This document shows positions 59,859 through 64,000 of a stretch of 64,000 bases of DNA, piece after piece. The first letter of the stretch is position 1; every line of letters starts with the position of its first letter. The DNA is taken from positions 96,001 to 160,000 of the forward strand of contig CAXXHG010000043.1 in assembly GCA_963666315.2 (NCBI GenBank), given 5' to 3'. The notes below the pieces were generated by a model. The model searched no databases. It was not told where the DNA came from and was given only the letters and a program-made list of their open reading frames with translations. The translations under genes were made by a program, and so were the position numbers. The DNA comes from Candidatus Binatia bacterium (GTDB lineage Bacteria > Desulfobacterota > Binatia > Bin18).

Positions 59859-60925
59859 GCCGGACGTATTCGATCGTCTACCCTGTTGCTACGAAGCAAA
59901 AATGGGAGGTCATTGGCACCAGTAAGCGAGCTGCAGAGAAAGCGCTTGCGGCCAGGCTTGCAGAACTTAATCTCGGCCCCTACCGAGACCTCAAGAAGAC
60001 CACGTTTTCAGACTTCGCTCATAAGTGGCTCACGACATACGCAGAAGTCAAAGTGAAGCCGGGTACGCTAGATCATTATCAGCGCCTCGTTCGCGTTCAC
60101 CTCACCCCGTACTTTGGCGACGCCCTGCTCCAGGACATTACACCAGACCAAGTGCAAGGCTTCGTCTCCAAGAAGGTGGCTGAGGGGAAACTCACACCGA
60201 AGACCATCAACAATAGTCTCGTCCCCTCAAGACTATGTTCAAACATGCAGTGCGCTGGGGCTATTTGCGTGAGAGTCCGGCTCTCTACGTGGAGAAGCCT
60301 CGCGCGGACCGGAAGGAAATGGATTTTCTCGTACCAGAAGAAATCCGAAGCCTATTAGAGCATGTCCGCCCCCAGTTCCACGCGCTCTTCCTTAGTGCGG
60401 TGTTGACTGGCATGCGTCGAGGGGAGCTGCTGGGCCTGCAATGGGGCGATATCGACTGGAACGGAGATCAGATTTATATTCGCCGCTCATTGTACTTTGA
60501 AGCGCACAGAAAGGGAAAAGAAAAACGATGGCGTTTCATCACACCCAAGTCGAAGAACTCAATCCGGGCAATCAATATGAGTCCGACCCTCGCCCTGGCA
60601 CTGAAGAAGTACAGACTTGCGCATGCAGCCGGGTCATTTGACCTCGTTTTTTCCCACGTGGATGGCCGTCCACGAGAGCCTGGCAATCTTGTAAAGCGCG
60701 AATACCTCCCGGCCCTCAGGCGTGCAGGCTTGCGACGGATCACCTTTCACTCGTTACGCCACAGCTTCACCGCCCTGTTGATAGCGCAAGGCGAAAACAT
60801 CAAATACATCCAGAGCCAGCTTGGGCATGCCTCAGTCCAGACCACACTAGACCGCTACGGGCACCTCCTGCCGGCGACGCATAAAGACGCAGCGAAACGT
60901 CTCGATGCGACGCTCTTTGGAAATT

Positions 60926-60947
60926 CCGTTAGCAAACCGTTAGCAAA
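60926..60947. repeat. 11-bp direct repeat pair, candidate integrase arm-type sites
   Basis: CCGTTAGCAAA x2, about 70 nt from the tRNA 3' end. Confidence 0.5.
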
Positions 60948-60978
60948 TGACTCGGTAGTTGGCGTGACTCATAAAGGC

Positions 60979-61013
60979 GAAAGCCCCGAAGTTATTGAAC
61001 TTACGGGGCTTTC
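60979..61013. terminator. Stem-loop downstream of the tRNA
   Basis: GAAAGCCCCG-AAGTT...AACTT-A-CGGGGCTTTC. Confidence 0.6.
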
Positions 61014-61016
61014 ATA

Positions 61017-61092
61017 GGTTGCGGGGCTAGGATTTGAACCTAGGGCCTCGAGGTTATGAGCCTCGCGAGCTACCGGACTGCTCCACCCCGCG
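61017..61092 (-). tRNA. tRNA-Met(CAT), initiator type
   Basis: CGCGGGGTGGAGCAGTCCGGTAGCTCG-CGAGG-CTCATAA-CCTCG-AGGCC-CTAGG-TTCAAAT-CCTAG-CCCCGCA-A; C1:A72 mismatch. Confidence 0.93.
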
Positions 61093-61179
61093 CAGGACGA
61101 AAAACGCAGCTTACGCTGCGCCTAGTAGATGTACCCACCTCGGGTCATGAAGTCAAGGCCAGACGGGCAGTTAAGGGCA

Positions 61180-61935
61180 TTACGACCGGGATTGAACGGG
61201 ATTTTCAACCAGACGCTTGAGCAGTTGGATCTCGTGCGGTGTAAGAGACCGGTAGCCACCAACCGGTACGTCTAAACTGAGCGGCCCGTATTGGACCCGC
61301 ACTAGTTTTTCTACCCGATAGCCTAAGGCTTCACACATCCGCCGTACCTCGCGGTTGCGTCCTTCACGTAAGACCATTTCCAGCCAAGTTTTTTTTGCCG
61401 AGGTGCGCAGAATGCGTACTTCGGCAGGTGCGGACAGCGTTCCGTCATCCATGCGCGCACCATGGCGCAAGATGCTCAGGGCCTTTCTCGCTACGACCCC
61501 GCCGAGCTTAGCTTGGTACGTCCGAGGCACCTGAAAGCGCGGATGCAGCAGGCGTTCGGTCAACGCACCATCATTGGTCAGCAGCAGGAGTCCGGACGAA
61601 TCGTAGTCCAGCCGCCCAACCGGAAACACACGTTCTCGAACATCAGTCAGAAGGTCACGGACTGTCGGTCGGCCTTCCGGATCTTTCAGCGTACTGACAA
61701 CGCTGGGCGGTTTGTGGAGGAGAAAATACTGCCAGCCGGCGGGTAACTCAACCAGTTGACCGTCAACTTCAATTTGGTCCTGTCGCGGGTCCGCCGTTGT
61801 CCCCAGCCGCGTGACCGTTTGTCCATTCACGCGCACCCGACCCGCCTGGATCAGCTTCTCCGCTGCTCGCCGCGAGCTGATCCCGGCTTGACTCAAAATC
61901 TTCTGCAGCCGTTGGGTCTGGGATGTCTTCTGCAT
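61180..61935 (-). CDS. rluB: rRNA pseudouridine synthase (RluB/RsuA family)
   Basis: RLQKILSQAGISSRR S4 domain, PVGRLDYDSSGLLLLTNDG, EGRNREVRRM. Confidence 0.92.
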   Translation of the reverse strand: MQKTSQTQRLQKILSQAGISSRRAAEKLIQAGRVRVNGQTVTRLGTTADPRQDQIEVDGQLVELPAGWQYFLLHKPPSVVSTLKDPEGRPTVRDLLTDVRERVFPVGRLDYDSSGLLLLTNDGALTERLLHPRFQVPRTYQAKLGGVVARKALSILRHGARMDDGTLSAPAEVRILRTSAKKTWLEMVLREGRNREVRRMCEALGYRVEKLVRVQYGPLSLDVPVGGYRSLTPHEIQLLKRLVENPVQSRS

Positions 61936-62464
61936 ATGGGTTGATTGTCGGTTCATGAATCTCCGGCAGAGGGGGCAAGCTTCCAATATTGTCTAAGCTG
62001 AAAATTTCGAGAAAGTGCTGACTGGTGCCGTACAGCCACGGCCGGCCGGGAACATCCTTTCGTCCCGAAACGCCAATGAGCTTTCTGGTCAGCAGCGAAT
62101 TGAGCACGCCGTCCACATCCACTCCGCGGATGGCCTCAATATCTATCTTCGTCAAAGGTTGATTATAGGCAATAATGGCCAAGGTTTCGAGCGCGGCGCG
62201 GCTGAGCTTCACCGGTTTATCTCGTCCGAGTGCTTTCACATAGTCGGCATGATCGGAAACGGTGCGGAACTGATAGCCTCCCGCCACCTCCATCAGTCGG
62301 ATGCCCCGGTATGGCGCGGCATACTCGGCGCGCAGTGCGGCTAAGGCTGCCTTGACCTCGGCCTTGGTCACACCGATCACTTCGACCATGCGGCGCAGCG
62401 GCAGTGGCACTCCGGCTGCGAATAACAGACTCTCAGCGATAGCCTTGATGGTATCTATACTCAT
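61769..62464 (-). CDS. scpB: SMC-Scp complex subunit ScpB
   Basis: ESLLFA, EVAGGYQFRT, LSRAALETLAIIAYNQP, IRGVD, PGRP.LYGT. Confidence 0.93.
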   Translation of the reverse strand: MSIDTIKAIAESLLFAAGVPLPLRRMVEVIGVTKAEVKAALAALRAEYAAPYRGIRLMEVAGGYQFRTVSDHADYVKALGRDKPVKLSRAALETLAIIAYNQPLTKIDIEAIRGVDVDGVLNSLLTRKLIGVSGRKDVPGRPWLYGTSQHFLEIFSLDNIGSLPPLPEIHEPTINPYAEDIPDPTAAEDFESSRDQLAASSGEADPGGSGAREWTNGHAAGDNGGPATGPN

Positions 62465-63255
62465 AGATGTTCGAGCGCCTCAGGTAAGGGTTCGTCTGGA
62501 CTGACGGCCAGAGAGGTCACAATGGGACCAAACATCTCGTCTTGCCCGACACGAATGATCTGGTTTCGGACAAGCTCTAAGACGGCTAGAAAGATGACAA
62601 GGACTTGGCGCCGACAGGTGCCTGGGGAAAAGAGGTCGTGGAAAAAGACTTCTCTTTTTTCTCGGAGTGTATCGAATACGGCACACAGCTGGTCACGCAA
62701 GGAGATATGTTCGAAAATGATTTGCTGCGCTTCTTCAGAATCCGTGCGCTTGATCACCTCCTGGAGGGCGTCGAGCAGATCGCCAAGAGACAGATCATAC
62801 ACCACGTCCTCTTCACCCTCTTGTCCGTCGGACAGGGGCGGACGGGCGAAAACGTCACGGTCAAGTAGATCGCGACTGATGAGGACCTGAGCGGCTTCTT
62901 TAAAGCGCTGGTATTCTAAAAGTTGTCTGGCGAGTTCGGCCTGCGGGTCTTCGCCGTCCTCTTCTTCGAGGGTTTCCTCAATCGGCAACAGCAGCCGCGA
63001 TTTGAGGTGCAGCAGGGTTGCCGCCATAACGAGATACTCGCCCGCGATATCAAGATCAAGTTGTTTGAGTAGATCAAGATACGCCAGGTACTGGTCGGTG
63101 ATAACGGCGATCGGAATGTCGGGCAGCTCCACCTCGTTCTTCTTGACAAGGTGGAGCAGCAGATCGAGCGGACCTTCAAAAACGTCGAGTTTTACGCGAT
63201 AGAACATGGAAAGGGCTTTGTGCTCGTCGCCGTTCGCCATTACCCATGCGGCCAA
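62461..63255 (-). CDS. scpA: Segregation/condensation protein ScpA
   Basis: FEGPLDLLLHL, EYLVMAATL..LKSRLLLP, FLAVLEL. Confidence 0.93.
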   Translation of the reverse strand: MAAWVMANGDEHKALSMFYRVKLDVFEGPLDLLLHLVKKNEVELPDIPIAVITDQYLAYLDLLKQLDLDIAGEYLVMAATLLHLKSRLLLPIEETLEEEDGEDPQAELARQLLEYQRFKEAAQVLISRDLLDRDVFARPPLSDGQEGEEDVVYDLSLGDLLDALQEVIKRTDSEEAQQIIFEHISLRDQLCAVFDTLREKREVFFHDLFSPGTCRRQVLVIFLAVLELVRNQIIRVGQDEMFGPIVTSLAVSPDEPLPEALEHL

Positions 63256-63327
63256 AGACAGTGCGTCTACACTCTGCAGTCAACCTGGCAGCCGACCTGC
63301 AAAAAGCAGACTTCTGCTTTCGCCGCC

Positions 63328-64000
63328 CTACACACCAACAACTTCCCGCACCTCCGCCATGGTCTGACGGGCGATTTCATGAGCCTGACGTTTCCCTTCC
63401 CGGAGCACGTCGCGCACGTCGTCGCGGTGATTTTTCCAGTACGTCCGTTTTTCGCTGAATTGAGCCAAATCGTCAAGGACATGCTTGATCATAATCTTCT
63501 TGCACTCGAGGCAACCGATGTCGGCCGTCTTGCAGCCATTGGTCACAAATTCGATCTCTTCCTGGGTGCAGTACAGCCGGTGCAGATTAAAAGTCGGGCA
63601 GTCTGCCGGATCACCCGGATCGCGCCGCCTCGCCCGGCGCGGGTCGGTTATCATCCGCGACAGCTTGGCATCGATCTCCTCGGGCGGATCGGACAGGACG
63701 ACAGCATTGCCGTAGCTCTTGCTCATCTTCCGCCCATCAAGCCCGGGAATCTTGGGAATCTCGGTTAAGAGCGCCTGCGGTTCAGGGAAGACGTCCTTCT
63801 TATAGATCAGATTAAAACGCCGGGCGATTTCGCGCGTCAGTTCGATATGCGGTACCTGATCAACGCCAACGGGAACGTGCTGGGCCTTATACATCAAAAT
63901 GTCCGCAGCCTGCAAAACGGGGTAGCCAAGCAGGCCGTAAGGAATCGTCGTGACCGCCGTGTCATCATCAGAGTCGATAAACCCCAGTTCGCGCGCTTGC
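63328..64000 (-). CDS. trpS: Tryptophan--tRNA ligase (partial, starts beyond right edge)
   Basis: GYPVLQAADIL, VPVGVDQ.PH.E..REIARRFN, KMSKS. Confidence 0.95.
   Translation of the reverse strand, partial: QARELGFIDSDDDTAVTTIPYGLLGYPVLQAADILMYKAQHVPVGVDQVPHIELTREIARRFNLIYKKDVFPEPQALLTEIPKIPGLDGRKMSKSYGNAVVLSDPPEEIDAKLSRMITDPRRARRRDPGDPADCPTFNLHRLYCTQEEIEFVTNGCKTADIGCLECKKIMIKHVLDDLAQFSEKRTYWKNHRDDVRDVLREGKRQAHEIARQTMAEVREVVGV

Larger units (their letters stand above)
59859..61017 (+). pseudogene. Tyrosine integrase, 5' end removed by the IS and frameshifted near 60225
   Basis: Arm and core-binding regions, then TGMRRGE, PKS, FHSLRH, LGHAS, DRYGH catalytic residues. Confidence 0.88.

Noticed and set aside
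61769-61935. scpB/rluB overlap as a novel dual-coding region
   Set aside because: The ScpB tail is low-complexity and dispensable-looking; most simply run-on into rluB.

Overview
A 64-kb bacterial window of roughly mid-50s % GC (judged by eye). The gene content suggests a Binatia/Desulfobacterota_B-type organism; this is inference. It mixes intact housekeeping genes (amgK-murU, hflK-hflC, tag, rluB-scpB-scpA-trpS) with a large oxidative catabolic repertoire. That repertoire includes an aniline-dioxygenase-like operon (GS-like protein, Rieske alpha/beta, GATase, CocE hydrolase), catechol 2,3-dioxygenase, five luciferase-like (probably F420) oxidoreductases, a two-subunit N,N-dimethylformamidase and an amidase. 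The standout is a highly divergent copper membrane monooxygenase operon (pmoCAB-like, 28283-31324) carrying the hydrocarbon-type PmoC signature. Its B subunit is cut by a perfect 31-bp tandem duplication exactly between the first cupredoxin domain and the membrane helices. Many accessory genes are decayed by frameshifts, nonsense codons or internal deletions, notably c-di-GMP/motility genes. The right end has an IS6 element that decapitates a tyrosine integrase abutting an initiator-type tRNA-Met. No CRISPR array or rRNA was seen. All calls come from motif reading; no database searches were run.
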